A stretch of DNA of 64,000 bases, taken from contig CAYXGG010000002.1 in assembly GCA_964464475.1 (NCBI GenBank), positions 93,455-157,454 on the forward strand, written 5' to 3'. The notes under the pieces were generated by a model. It did no database searches. It saw nothing but the letters and a program-made list of their open reading frames with translations, and was not told the DNA's origin. The stretch comes from an uncultured Planctomycetales bacterium. Its GTDB lineage: Bacteria > Omnitrophota > Gorgyraeia > Zapsychrales > JAHFFX01. The first letter of the stretch is position 1. Each line of letters begins with the position of its first letter. The translations under genes and the position numbers were made by a program. This document shows, piece after piece, positions 9,908 through 20,394 of the stretch.

Positions 9908-11288
9908 GTTCGGCTTTGCTTATCATAATCGGCGCGATACACAACCCTATCGTTATCCACAATAAATTGCCTAATTGCACAGAATAAAAATTAGTATCTA
10001 GGGCACTCTGGATCAAGAATCCGGTTAAGCCTCCCCACGCACCCCAGCTAACACACAGCAAGAAATCATCCTGAACGGATTTAATCGTACGCATAGCGTA
10101 TTGAAAAATTCTTCCCACAAGCCAAAGAAAAGCGGCCAACCCCACTAACCCCATCTCAGCAGTTAATTGTAAATAACAGTTATGTGGATAACCTCCCCAT
10201 TCCAGTTTCAGGTCCTTGGCCACTTGGGAATAGGTGTTAATGCCCGATCCGAAGATCGGGGAACGCTGAATAATTCTCCCGGCGTCCCGCCAATAAAGAC
10301 TCCGTCCTGAACCGCTATATTTCTTTAGAAAAGAAGTCACATACTCCTCCCAACCTGGATGTTGGGCCTTCGACTGAGCCATCTCTTCGACCGAAGAGCA
10401 AGCCATTTGACTCTCTAAACAATCAGAAAAGATTGAAATTTTTCGATATTTTAACAAGCCTACGGAAAAAAAACTGGCAAAAATAACAATCAAGACAACG
10501 ACTACGGCGAAAGCTTTGATTCGTTGAAAACCGATTAGAAGAATTGCGACAAAAAAAGCCAACCATGCGCCGCGGGAATAAGTTAACCCTAAACACACGA
10601 CCCCAGCAACCAGCAAGATGAGCGAAAGCACTCTGGCTACCTTCAGCCATCCTTCCTGACTAAATTGATATCGTAACCAAGATCCAATTCCTCGACGATA
10701 AACATAAATAAAGCTAAAAGCTAGCGAGAGGGCCACCACCAGATAACCACCCAAATCATTAGGATGTCGAAAAGATGCCGATACCCGACCTCCACCCAGA
10801 GGATTGTTCCACACAAAATCTTCTCCCATGATTTTCTGCCAATAGGCGTTACTTATCGTGATAACCGCCGAAATGGCAAAAACCGACAAAAAAACTTTTA
10901 AACGTTTTCGGGAATTAATGGCCTCAACAAAAATAAAATAAAAAAACGTCCATTCCCAAACTTTCAGCATAAAACCCCGAAAACTAAGCGATTTATACTC
11001 GCTAAAGACAAAAGAAAGGAACGCAGCCAGAATAAATGCGCCCAGAGGCCAATTAAGGGGATTCGTAATCGGAAGAAAAACCATCACCGCCCTTGCTCCC
11101 AACGTTGCCCTTCTCATTGAAAACAAAAAACAGCGCTTAACAAAAAAAGCAACCATCGCAACACCGAAAGAGAATTCCACGATGGCGATAGAAATAGGAA
11201 TAAAATAAATCACGAAACTCAGGGCCACGGCCATGATACGATCACATATCATCAAGGCTCGGGATGAACCTAATTCGGTATTCAGCAT
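9894..11288 (-). CDS. O-antigen ligase/O-oligosaccharyltransferase family protein (Wzy_C)
   Basis: Multi-TM; HPNDLGGYL, TYSRGAW, GSGINTY, PHNCYLQ. Confidence 0.85.
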   Translation of the reverse strand: MLNTELGSSRALMICDRIMAVALSFVIYFIPISIAIVEFSFGVAMVAFFVKRCFLFSMRRATLGARAVMVFLPITNPLNWPLGAFILAAFLSFVFSEYKSLSFRGFMLKVWEWTFFYFIFVEAINSRKRLKVFLSVFAISAVITISNAYWQKIMGEDFVWNNPLGGGRVSASFRHPNDLGGYLVVALSLAFSFIYVYRRGIGSWLRYQFSQEGWLKVARVLSLILLVAGVVCLGLTYSRGAWLAFFVAILLIGFQRIKAFAVVVVLIVIFASFFSVGLLKYRKISIFSDCLESQMACSSVEEMAQSKAQHPGWEEYVTSFLKKYSGSGRSLYWRDAGRIIQRSPIFGSGINTYSQVAKDLKLEWGGYPHNCYLQLTAEMGLVGLAAFLWLVGRIFQYAMRTIKSVQDDFLLCVSWGAWGGLTGFLIQSALDTNFYSVQLGNLLWITIGLCIAPIMISKAEHVQR

Positions 11289-11352
11289 AGGTCAATCCTA
11301 TGGTAAGAAGCGACAAAAAGCATCATTCTCATCATACTCATATAAACCAAAG

Positions 11353-12630
11353 TCATGTGCGATTCTGACGGAAACATTCTCGATGCCCTAGAACTATGGC
11401 CATCCCCAGACCTAAAGCGCTCCATAAGTGGGCCGATAACTGTAAAGAAAAGAAATGCGTATCAACAAAACTGTGCGCGAGAAAAGCCGTGATACCTCCC
11501 GTCAACCCGATAATCACCGGTTGATCACTCACAGCGTTTCCTTCTCTTCTTAAAAAACTCCTGACAGTGCCGTAGAAACGCACCAAGAGCCAGACAAAAG
11601 CGGCGAGCCCCAGCAACCCGTACTCGACCGCCAACTGCAAATAGCAATTATGCGCGTACGTAGGATCATAATAAGTTTCTCCGCGCAATTCACGACCAAA
11701 CTCAGCAAAGACCGGCATGAATGTATTCGGACCGTGACCCAAGAGCGGTCGATTCAACGCAAGTCTCCAGCTGTCTTCCCACAGTTCGCTACGCCAAATC
11801 AGCGTCGACAATAAATTTTGACGCTGAAATGTTTCCAGTGTAATAACTTTCTTAAAGCTTGTAAAGTAAATCAGCGTTCCAATGAGCGTCACCGTTAAAC
11901 CACAAATCAGCCAAGGCCACCAGCGACGCCGCGATACCACGGCCACGAAAAATAGCCCCACTGCCGTCGCCAGAATCCCTCCCCTGGAGAAAGTCAACAC
12001 CAGCACCCAACACGAAAGACAAAGAAACACCGCTGCCAGCCATCGGTCCCGCTTGCCAGAAGCGTTTAATAACATCGAAAACAAAACCGGAATGCCAATC
12101 GTCAAGTACCCCGCAAGCTGATTGGCATTATTAAACGGCCCCGTAACCCTGCCATCGTGAATCACCACGCCAGAAAAAATGTCTCGTTGATTGCCATAAT
12201 ACTGCCACAGTGCGTCCAAGACCACCGCCGCCATTGTCACGCCACCAACCCGTAAGGCCCATAACACTTGACGTTTTTCAACAAAAACACCGGCAAACAA
12301 AAAGAAAATAATAAACCATTCTAGGGTTTTAGTCCAAAACCCATGCCAGGAATGGGCTGGAGCGGTACTATTCAATAAGGATATCAATCCCAAAAATAAA
12401 AAAAGCGCAATGCTTGTGTTAAGGGGGGTTGCCGGGATGAACGTAGAAAGCCACGAAGGATTTGAACGCGCTGCCTGCGGCTGAAAATTCCTGAATAAGG
12501 TGCTTCCATTGCGAATCAACCAAAGCACAAAAGCCACGCAGACTGAAATCTCAATAGCCGCAATACTATAAGGCAACCAGAAAACGAGTAGGCAAAGAAA
12601 AATGGTTAGCCAATTAGTTATGTTAAGCAT
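11353..12630 (-). CDS. O-antigen ligase/O-oligosaccharyltransferase family protein (Wzy_C), paralog of 9894..11288
   Basis: NANQLAGYL, TFSRGG, GHGPNTF, AHNCYLQ. Start moved to ATG 12630. Confidence 0.85.
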   Translation of the reverse strand: MLNITNWLTIFLCLLVFWLPYSIAAIEISVCVAFVLWLIRNGSTLFRNFQPQAARSNPSWLSTFIPATPLNTSIALFLFLGLISLLNSTAPAHSWHGFWTKTLEWFIIFFLFAGVFVEKRQVLWALRVGGVTMAAVVLDALWQYYGNQRDIFSGVVIHDGRVTGPFNNANQLAGYLTIGIPVLFSMLLNASGKRDRWLAAVFLCLSCWVLVLTFSRGGILATAVGLFFVAVVSRRRWWPWLICGLTVTLIGTLIYFTSFKKVITLETFQRQNLLSTLIWRSELWEDSWRLALNRPLLGHGPNTFMPVFAEFGRELRGETYYDPTYAHNCYLQLAVEYGLLGLAAFVWLLVRFYGTVRSFLRREGNAVSDQPVIIGLTGGITAFLAHSFVDTHFFSLQLSAHLWSALGLGMAIVLGHRECFRQNRT

Positions 12631-12699
12631 GGCAACGTGATAATTATTTTCTGATGAATTTATCAGAAGCAAGCAGGGTGGTGGTTAGGGATCAAAAAT

Positions 12700-14124
12700 T
12701 TAATACGCCCCTTTTCCTTTAATGACGACAGGAAAAGTTTGCCAAAGGATATTCAAGTCCAGCCAAAAAGACCAATTATTAATGTACCAGACATCCCAAC
12801 GGACCAGGCGCGAAAAAGAAATATCACTGCGGCCGCGCACTTGCCAAAGCCCGGTAATGCCCGGACGCACCTCCAGACGCTTTAACTGCCGCAAATCTTC
12901 TTTTTCCACTTGATCCATGGGTAAGGGACGAGGGCCGACAAGACTCATGTCGCCCAAAAAAACGTTCAGTAATTGCGGTAATTCATCCAGACTATATTTC
13001 CTCAAAAAACGCCCGAATTTTGTGATTCGCGGATCACGTTTAATTTTAAAAATCGGGCCGTCCACTTCATTCCGACACTTCAAATTATCCAGCAAACCTT
13101 CCGCGTTGCTCACCATACTGCGAAATTTAATCATTTTAAATAACCGGCCCTTTCGGCCATATCGTCGCGAATAATAAAAAATCGGCCCCGGACTATCGAG
13201 TTTGATGGCCAAAGCGATCGCCAGAAAAACTACCGACAACGGAATCAGCAAAACCAAAGAAGATAAAATATCAAATAATCGTTTACCAAATTGACGACGA
13301 TAAGCGTCGACATTGGAGTATTCCAAAATAGGAATCAGCCCGATGTTATATTTTCTAAAATCACTCGCGGTCACGCCATACCCTTGTGGGATCACCCGGA
13401 CTGTCACGTTCATGTCTCTGGCATCCTCCAAAAGCTTGATAAACACTTGGCTATCATGGTGCACCGTAATGAACAGCATACTCACAAATTCTTTGGGAGC
13501 GAGTGCTGTAAAATCGGAAATTTTACCTACCACCCGGTGTTTATGGTCATCCGCGAGGCCCGTTTTGAAATCATCTAAGAATCCCACAACCCGAATTCCT
13601 AAATTCGGCCGCTTGCTTAACTCTTGGGAAAGCGCGACTCCGACTTTACCGGCTCCCACAATCAACGCGTTCCAATTGTTGTAGCCACTGACGACTAAGT
13701 ATTCGACAAAAATACGTTTCAAAACACGCCAAATAGACAAAAGCGCAACCATTGTGACCGTGGCCATCACAAAGATTGATCGAGGGAAATGCCCGATTTT
13801 CAAAACATACAGCGACGCGATCACGGCCAAAGACGCGATCCCCACCGAACGGATAACATTCCAAATCTCTACCCCTTCCAGAACTTCCCGGCGGGTTTCA
13901 TAAAGATTAAAAAGCCGATTGATTAATATGGTGGTTAAAATCCAGAAAACAAAAATGAAACGAAAAGGATTGGTGGGCTCCAACAACAGATGAGTGAAAG
14001 AAACCGGAAAGCTTAACTTGTCTACGTTTAAGGCGCAGGACAAATAAATGGCAAAGTACACGCAGATGACGTCAAATATCGTGTAAGTGGTTTGAATCGT
14101 GACAATGCGTTGCCGAGGGGTCAT
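12700..14124 (-). CDS. Priming polyprenyl-phosphate hexose-1-phosphate transferase (WcaJ/WbaP family)
   Basis: N-terminal TMs, IVGAG domain, KRLFD, KFRSM, DPRIT, SLDELPQLLNV, GDMSLVGPRP, PGITGLWQV. Confidence 0.92.
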   Translation of the reverse strand: MTPRQRIVTIQTTYTIFDVICVYFAIYLSCALNVDKLSFPVSFTHLLLEPTNPFRFIFVFWILTTILINRLFNLYETRREVLEGVEIWNVIRSVGIASLAVIASLYVLKIGHFPRSIFVMATVTMVALLSIWRVLKRIFVEYLVVSGYNNWNALIVGAGKVGVALSQELSKRPNLGIRVVGFLDDFKTGLADDHKHRVVGKISDFTALAPKEFVSMLFITVHHDSQVFIKLLEDARDMNVTVRVIPQGYGVTASDFRKYNIGLIPILEYSNVDAYRRQFGKRLFDILSSLVLLIPLSVVFLAIALAIKLDSPGPIFYYSRRYGRKGRLFKMIKFRSMVSNAEGLLDNLKCRNEVDGPIFKIKRDPRITKFGRFLRKYSLDELPQLLNVFLGDMSLVGPRPLPMDQVEKEDLRQLKRLEVRPGITGLWQVRGRSDISFSRLVRWDVWYINNWSFWLDLNILWQTFPVVIKGKGAY

Positions 14125-14128
14125 AAAA

Positions 14129-14881
14129 TCAGACGCGCTTCTTAAATAAACGATCAGTTAGTAAAAAATAAATAAATTTTGAATTACCCACCAAATACCT
14201 TCGCCACAATCGACGCGGTTCACACAGCAAGCGAAATAGCCATTCGAAACCGCTTTGCTGCATCCAACGCGGCGCTTGTTTTTTAACACCAGCGACAAAA
14301 TCAAAAGCCGCCCCCACCCCCACCATCACCGGAACCGTCAATAATTCTCGATGTCGCGCCATCCAGAAATCCTGTTTTGGGGATCCCAGCCCCACCCAAA
14401 GGATATCCGCCCCTGAGTCCTCAATTTTCCTAAGAATCTCAGCGGACTCAAGTTCGATTTGAGCACGAAACGGTGGTGAAAAACTGCCCACTATCTTAAT
14501 CGTGGGATAACGATTTTGCAAGCTCGCGACCAGGAGGGAAAGCGTTTCCGGCGTTCCACCGAAAAGAAAATGTTTCAATCCCGAAGAGCACCCGTCCAAG
14601 CATATTCTCTGAAATAAATCAGGCCCATACGCGCGCGCTACCTGGGGAAACCCCTGCCTACGCCCCCACCAAACTACAGGCATCCCGTCGGGCGTTACCA
14701 TCTGAGCGGCGTTAACAATTTTTAGGTAATCCGGATTACTTCTTGCTTCAACGATGGTCGATACCGGAGCGACACAGACATACGTCTTGGTCCGATCGCG
14801 CGCCCAATCTTGAATCGTTTGCGCGGCCTCGCCAAGATTCGTGGCGCTTACTTTAACCCCCAATAAATCAAACCTCTGCAT
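14129..14881 (-). CDS. WecB/TagA/CpsF family glycosyltransferase (GT26)
   Basis: PDGMPVVW, GPDL, VGLGSPKQD, GVGAAFDF, EWLFRL..EPRRLWRRY. Confidence 0.92.
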   Translation of the reverse strand: MQRFDLLGVKVSATNLGEAAQTIQDWARDRTKTYVCVAPVSTIVEARSNPDYLKIVNAAQMVTPDGMPVVWWGRRQGFPQVARAYGPDLFQRICLDGCSSGLKHFLFGGTPETLSLLVASLQNRYPTIKIVGSFSPPFRAQIELESAEILRKIEDSGADILWVGLGSPKQDFWMARHRELLTVPVMVGVGAAFDFVAGVKKQAPRWMQQSGFEWLFRLLCEPRRLWRRYLVGNSKFIYFLLTDRLFKKRV

Positions 14882-14891
14882 GAATCAACCC

Positions 14892-16529
14892 TCACCGATT
14901 CAACACAAACACTGAATTTGTACCGCGAACATCAATGGGGACGCTGGCGAAGGCAGCATCGGGATAATCCACAACCAAAACTTTTCCGTACTGACTGTGA
15001 GACAGCATCAGCAACTCACGATCTTTAGCTCGTAATACTTCTGAAATCGGCTTAAAGAAATCATCGCGATGTGCCCGATATACTGAAACAGTTTCCAGCG
15101 CTAAAGACAATAATAGGCAGCCCAACAGCACCTTGGACGGTTTCAGCTGACACGCAAAAACCAAGACCATCATCAGCAACAACGGAATCGTCAGAAAACG
15201 ACTTTGATGCGAACCTAGCCACCAGACCGCCCAAAAGACAACAACCAGAATAGGTAATATCGGTGCGCTACGACGCCAAATACTGCGTACCAAATACACT
15301 CCAAACGGTCCCAGGGTCAAGAGGTATACTAATCCCACCGGATAATCATAGCGGTTATTGACTCCTTGTTCGGGGACCGCCAGCCACCAAAAATGTTCAA
15401 TAAAATCGCGCCAACTGCGCCCTGATCCGTACTGGTCACGCGTGGCGCGAATTTGCTGAGCTTTGACCACCAAAGAATCCCATGCAGAAGAATTCGTGTC
15501 CAGCCCGAGAGGTTCAGTCATGCCGACGGCAAAAGGAAACAATGGCGTTCCGGTATAAAAAATTGACTTTAGAACAAAAGGTCCCCCAATGAAAAGACTA
15601 AAAGATAACAACGCGAAGACCAGCTGCTTTAATCGATTCCCCCAACGAGAAGAATATTCCGTAAAGGTGGTTCCGGCAAAGCCCAGAGTCATGTCTCCGC
15701 ATCGAAATTTCTTAATTGCCCACACGATTACCGGTACGAAGACGGCAAGCAAACCAATTTGTAGCGGATGAAACGATTTGGCCCAAAGATAAAAAGTCAA
15801 TTCTAAAGCGGCCATCGTCACAGAGCCGGTTAAAAAACTTACAATAGCCGCCAAAAATAAATAGGCCAGCGTCAAATCCAACATCCCTGTTCCCAATTGA
15901 ATTCCAACAACATGCGACCCAAAAACCCCGGCGATAGCCAAAAATCCAGCCGTGAAATTCCCCCGGGTTAACAACGTCGTTAAATTCCACACAATCCCCA
16001 GCAATCCCAGAAAAATAATGAATTGCGGGAATTTATTTGGGAGGAAAGTTGACAGTTGGTAGGGTGCCAGCGCGAAATCTACGGGTAGCAAATACAAATC
16101 CGCGGTTGACCAAGGTAACCACGCAAAAGAACCCTGAATCAAATGTTGGCGCGGTACCGTCAGATGGTAATTGAGGACATCCGTCTCCTGGACTAAATGA
16201 GGCGGCAAAACGTGCGCATAAAAAGAAATAAATAATATCAACAACACCAGGACTTTAAACAATAAAAGCCAACATTTCATTCCCAGGTTGATGGAGTTAT
16301 ACCACGCTTTGAAACTTTCCAAACCGGATCGCAAGGGAATCCGCCATTCCCAAAAAGTTTTAATAGCCAACGCCGAAAAAGAAATCCAAGCCAGCCAGGA
16401 CGTCTGACCATGCGGGCAACGCAGGACATATAACTCCAGCCAGAAAGCGATATACCCGATCCACAAAAGGATCGTGGGCAAATGCGCCGGACTTAATATC
16501 CGCGTTCGATGAGAGTTTTGCATCTCCAT
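14892..16529 (-). CDS. Polytopic membrane protein, probable GT-C fold glycosyltransferase
   Basis: More than 10 hydrophobic segments; D.LNYHL..P loop motif, TGTPLFPF, QSRFL. Start moved to ATG 16529. Confidence 0.55.
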   Translation of the reverse strand: MEMQNSHRTRILSPAHLPTILLWIGYIAFWLELYVLRCPHGQTSWLAWISFSALAIKTFWEWRIPLRSGLESFKAWYNSINLGMKCWLLLFKVLVLLILFISFYAHVLPPHLVQETDVLNYHLTVPRQHLIQGSFAWLPWSTADLYLLPVDFALAPYQLSTFLPNKFPQFIIFLGLLGIVWNLTTLLTRGNFTAGFLAIAGVFGSHVVGIQLGTGMLDLTLAYLFLAAIVSFLTGSVTMAALELTFYLWAKSFHPLQIGLLAVFVPVIVWAIKKFRCGDMTLGFAGTTFTEYSSRWGNRLKQLVFALLSFSLFIGGPFVLKSIFYTGTPLFPFAVGMTEPLGLDTNSSAWDSLVVKAQQIRATRDQYGSGRSWRDFIEHFWWLAVPEQGVNNRYDYPVGLVYLLTLGPFGVYLVRSIWRRSAPILPILVVVFWAVWWLGSHQSRFLTIPLLLMMVLVFACQLKPSKVLLGCLLLSLALETVSVYRAHRDDFFKPISEVLRAKDRELLMLSHSQYGKVLVVDYPDAAFASVPIDVRGTNSVFVLNR

Positions 16530-16601
16530 AATAAATACACTAGGGTGATCAGCACCCAATAAAAGTCCGCACGGTGACTTCGCAAAAACTGTCGCCAACG
16601 A

Positions 16602-17771
16602 CTATCGGTTACCATGGCGTTGCTCCCCAGAAATAATCAACTGACAGGCGGTAATCATACGCTGGGCGTATACTTCCGGGGTGAAATGGGCGAGATACAG
16701 CTGCCGGCTGGTTTGCCCCATTCTTCTTCTTAAGACAGAATCACGAGCAAGGGTGACAATTTTTGTGGCCAAAGATTCCCAATCACCTTTCGGAAACAAA
16801 AATCCATTTTCCAAGTCTTTTACGATTTCGGGAATGGCACCTTCTTTAGATGCAATCACCGGCAGCCCTTCGGCCATCGCGTGCAGCAAAACTAACCCAA
16901 AAACATCACGGTGAGTTGGAAAAATAAAAATATCATGTTGGCGAAATATTTCCGTACGCCGTGCGTCGTCCCCCACATAGCCTAAATAATCGACATAATC
17001 ATTTAATTTTTGATCATCCAAATATCTCTGTATTTCGTCACGTAACGTCTCCGATTCCATGGGACCAGCGAAAGAAAAGCGCACCTGCGGATACTGGGCC
17101 ACGACCTGAGGAATAGCTTTTAACGCCGTCCAAACGCCTTTAGAAACACTCAAAAAAGAAAAATACAAAACTTTTACGGTCGGGACCGCGTGGACGGATA
17201 ACGTACCGCTTTTGGGAGTTGGCAAAGTATAAGAATCCTCCACGCTCCCAGGTACAGCTAAAACCCGTCGGGTATCCATCAACCCTTCGTACACCTGACG
17301 TGTGGCTTCTCCGAGCACAATGCTGGCAGTGGTATGCTTCATGAGCCAACGAAACAGTTTGGCCTGTGTTTTTCCTAAAGATTCATACAAGTCACGGGCA
17401 TACTGCCCCATATCGTGAAGAATTATTTTAGCGCCAAATAAATGCCCTAAGAAACAGAATAAAACATCTTTCAAAAAAGGCATTTTATCAAAACTCATGT
17501 TATATAAAACATACTGCGGCCGACGACGAATCAATATCCACAGGTACTGCCCCAGATAAACGACCAGCTTCCAAAGTTTCCCCAGCGTTACCCTTTTATG
17601 TTGACCATACGTCCAGAAATGCAAATTAAGGAAAGTCACATCAAATTCCTGCAAAAAACGCGAGGACATCAACATTTTATACATCATGCTGTGACCAAAA
17701 TAAGGCGGCGGCAGAATACCGCAAATGAGAATCCTCGGTTTAAGCGTGTCGCTGGTTGTGGCTGGCTTCAT
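16602..17771 (-). CDS. Glycosyltransferase family 4
   Basis: LPPPYFG, KG, IFIFPT..DVFGLVLLHAMAEGLPVI, GAIPEIV. Confidence 0.88.
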   Translation of the reverse strand: MKPATTSDTLKPRILICGILPPPYFGHSMMYKMLMSSRFLQEFDVTFLNLHFWTYGQHKRVTLGKLWKLVVYLGQYLWILIRRRPQYVLYNMSFDKMPFLKDVLFCFLGHLFGAKIILHDMGQYARDLYESLGKTQAKLFRWLMKHTTASIVLGEATRQVYEGLMDTRRVLAVPGSVEDSYTLPTPKSGTLSVHAVPTVKVLYFSFLSVSKGVWTALKAIPQVVAQYPQVRFSFAGPMESETLRDEIQRYLDDQKLNDYVDYLGYVGDDARRTEIFRQHDIFIFPTHRDVFGLVLLHAMAEGLPVIASKEGAIPEIVKDLENGFLFPKGDWESLATKIVTLARDSVLRRRMGQTSRQLYLAHFTPEVYAQRMITACQLIISGEQRHGNR

Positions 17772-18636
17772 AAATGTCCTGCAAGATGTTTTTAATTCCT
17801 AGACGGGCCTCCCACCCCAATAAGGCCTTGGCTTTCGCCGAACTAACGCGCGAAAAAGCGGGTGCCCGGTCGGTATTTAATTGCGTTGTCGATGTTGAAC
17901 CCGTCAAACGGATCACCTCAGAGGCGATATCAAACAATGTCCACGCATCCAGCCCGGAGAGATTGATCTTCTCGAGCCTGGAGGGGGTTATGTTTAATAA
18001 GCCATCAAACGCCTCCAGCAAGTCAGACAGAGCTAACAATTGCAAACGCGTTTCCTGAGGCGCAAAAATATTGAGCGGTTGACCGGCCCAGGCCTGCGCG
18101 AATAAAACCGGCAACAAAGCTTTTTCCGCCTGGCCGGGCCCCACGATATTCACTGGCCTGACGATGGTCACGCACCGATTCTTGCCCAAACGCTCCACAA
18201 CCTCTTCGGCGGCCAATTTACTTCGAGCATAATCTCCCTGTGGATCCAAGGGAGACTGTTCATCAATATCGCGACCGCTGGATAGATAAACTTTAGCCGT
18301 AGAAACAAAAATGAAATGCCGACACGCAACAGCCTTAAGCAGATTGGCCGTCCCGTCCACATTGACCCGAACATAATCCTCATACGCCGCCTGACCAACA
18401 TGAGTTACATTCAGTGCGGCCAAATGAATAACCGCGTCAAAATTTTGATGGATTTGGAAAGATTGCGCAATATTTTGTTCAAAAAAATGGTTGGGCTTAA
18501 GTAGCGGAATCGCCGCGCCAGGACGATGATCGAGACCGAATACTTCATATTGGGGGTAAGTGCGCAAACGCGCGATGAGATGCCGACCCACAAAACCATT
18601 GGCGCCAGTAACCAGAATATTAAGCGGATTTGGCAT
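17740..18636 (-). CDS. NAD-dependent sugar epimerase/dehydratase/reductase (extended SDR)
   Basis: TGANGFVG, HLAA, ST..VY, YARSK. Confidence 0.85.
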   Translation of the reverse strand: MPNPLNILVTGANGFVGRHLIARLRTYPQYEVFGLDHRPGAAIPLLKPNHFFEQNIAQSFQIHQNFDAVIHLAALNVTHVGQAAYEDYVRVNVDGTANLLKAVACRHFIFVSTAKVYLSSGRDIDEQSPLDPQGDYARSKLAAEEVVERLGKNRCVTIVRPVNIVGPGQAEKALLPVLFAQAWAGQPLNIFAPQETRLQLLALSDLLEAFDGLLNITPSRLEKINLSGLDAWTLFDIASEVIRLTGSTSTTQLNTDRAPAFSRVSSAKAKALLGWEARLGIKNILQDIYEASHNQRHA

Positions 18637-19381
18637 GGCGAAAGCGACGTCGTCGCTCGCGATCTTCCCATTGTTTCATTAAGACCGTAGCGCGATACAG
18701 CGATTCAAATGTTCCGGCGTCGGTCCAGGAAGATTTAAGGATCGAGTAACTTAGTTGCCCTAAGCGGGCATAGTGAGCGAGGACGTCGGTCATTTCATAT
18801 TCTCCGCGCGGGCTTTTTTTAATTTCTTTAAGATGATCAAAAACTTCCGGGAGAAACATCCACAAACCGGTGTTGACAAACGACGAGGACGGACGCTGAG
18901 GCTTTTCAACAATATCCGTAATGGCCTTACCTTTGAACGTCACCACCCCATATTTACTCGGGTCTTTGACTTTAGCGATTAAAATTTTGGCTTTATAGGT
19001 CGTCTTCTCACGTTGAAACTCTTCGACGAACCTTTTCACGTTTTCGCTGACCACATTATCCCCCAACACCACCATAAATTCTTCGTCCTTGACGAAATCT
19101 TCTGCCAGCATCAGAGCCGCGCCTGTCCCGCTGGGGCCGTCCTGTATTTCATAGCTAAATCGCGCCCCCCACTGCTTACCGCTACCCAATAACCGAAAAA
19201 AATCGCCGACATACTCACCGCCCGTCACAATCATAATGTCGCGAATCCCAGCGTTTAACAGTGTCTCCAAGGGATAGTAAATCATCGGCTTTTTGTAGAC
19301 CGGCAGCAAATGTTTATTGGTCACGCTCGTTAATGGTTTAAGCCGAGTCGCGGTTCCCCCGGCGAGCAAAACGCCCCTCAT
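18620..19381 (-). CDS. rmlA: Glucose-1-phosphate thymidylyltransferase (short RmlA/SpsI type)
   Basis: LAGGTATRL.P.T...NKHLLPVY.KPMI.YP, LGDN, VEKP, SPRGEYE, WTDAGT. Confidence 0.85.
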   Translation of the reverse strand: MRGVLLAGGTATRLKPLTSVTNKHLLPVYKKPMIYYPLETLLNAGIRDIMIVTGGEYVGDFFRLLGSGKQWGARFSYEIQDGPSGTGAALMLAEDFVKDEEFMVVLGDNVVSENVKRFVEEFQREKTTYKAKILIAKVKDPSKYGVVTFKGKAITDIVEKPQRPSSSFVNTGLWMFLPEVFDHLKEIKKSPRGEYEMTDVLAHYARLGQLSYSILKSSWTDAGTFESLYRATVLMKQWEDRERRRRFRHAKSA

Positions 19382-20394
19382 GTTTTAGCCCCCCAATACC
19401 CGGCAATGTAGCGTTGCTCCATTTTATTTTTTAGTGGTCGCCACCAAGCTTCGTTCTGCCGGTACCATTCGATCGTTTTAGACAATCCTTCTTTCAAATT
19501 GACCCGAGGCTTCCAGCCTAACCGTTTCAATTTTGTGCAATCCAAGCTATACCGAAAATCATGACCCGGCCGATCCTGAACATACTTAATAAACGATTCG
19601 TCTTTTCGCATGGCCAATAAAATATCCCGCGTTAACTGCAGGTTGGTACATTCCTGGCTGCCACCCACATTATAAACCTGGCCGTCGCGTCCCTTGTCAA
19701 TTAACAAATGAATGGCGGCGCAATGATCTTCAACATACAGCCAATCCCGAACCTGCTGGCCACTACCATAAACCGGTACAGGCAAGCCGTCGATCAAATT
19801 GGTAATAAAAAGCGGAATGACTTTTTCAGGATAAGCGCGCGGGCCATAATTATTAGAAGCACGGGTAATGATGACCGGTAAACCGTACGTTTCAAAAAAA
19901 CTGTAAGCGAGTCGATCGCCACCGGCTTTTGAAGCGGCATAGGGGTTACGCGGTCGCAATTCTGACGTTTCTTTAAAACTGCCGCTGAGAATATGACCAT
20001 ACACTTCATCCGTTGAAATCTGGATAAATCGTTTCAATTTTTTCTGTTCACGAGCCTCCTGCAACAGCGTATAGACTCCCATGATATCAGTCTTAAGAAA
20101 AGCTTCCGGATCGCTGATGGAACGGTCTACAGCGACTTCGGCGGCGAAGTTGACCACGACGTCCACGTCGGTCATCACTTTCTTGACGAGACGAGCGTCG
20201 CCAATATCTCCCTTGATAAATTCAAAACCCCGACGAGATTCAAATTCTTTAAGATTATCGGGGTTGCCCGCGTAAGTCATTTTGTCCAACACGCGCACGC
20301 GCGGGTGCCCTTCTTTCTCATACACATAACGAACAAAATTACTGCCAATAAAACCGGCACCACCGGTAATCAGATAAGATTTAGGTGTGTTCAT
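19378..20394 (-). CDS. rmlB: dTDP-glucose 4,6-dehydratase
   Basis: TGGAGFIGSNF, STDEVYG, PYAASKA, SNNYGP...PEK.IP, RDWLYVEDH, DRPGHD.RY. Start moved to ATG 20394. Confidence 0.92.
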   Translation of the reverse strand: MNTPKSYLITGGAGFIGSNFVRYVYEKEGHPRVRVLDKMTYAGNPDNLKEFESRRGFEFIKGDIGDARLVKKVMTDVDVVVNFAAEVAVDRSISDPEAFLKTDIMGVYTLLQEAREQKKLKRFIQISTDEVYGHILSGSFKETSELRPRNPYAASKAGGDRLAYSFFETYGLPVIITRASNNYGPRAYPEKVIPLFITNLIDGLPVPVYGSGQQVRDWLYVEDHCAAIHLLIDKGRDGQVYNVGGSQECTNLQLTRDILLAMRKDESFIKYVQDRPGHDFRYSLDCTKLKRLGWKPRVNLKEGLSKTIEWYRQNEAWWRPLKNKMEQRYIAGYWGAKT

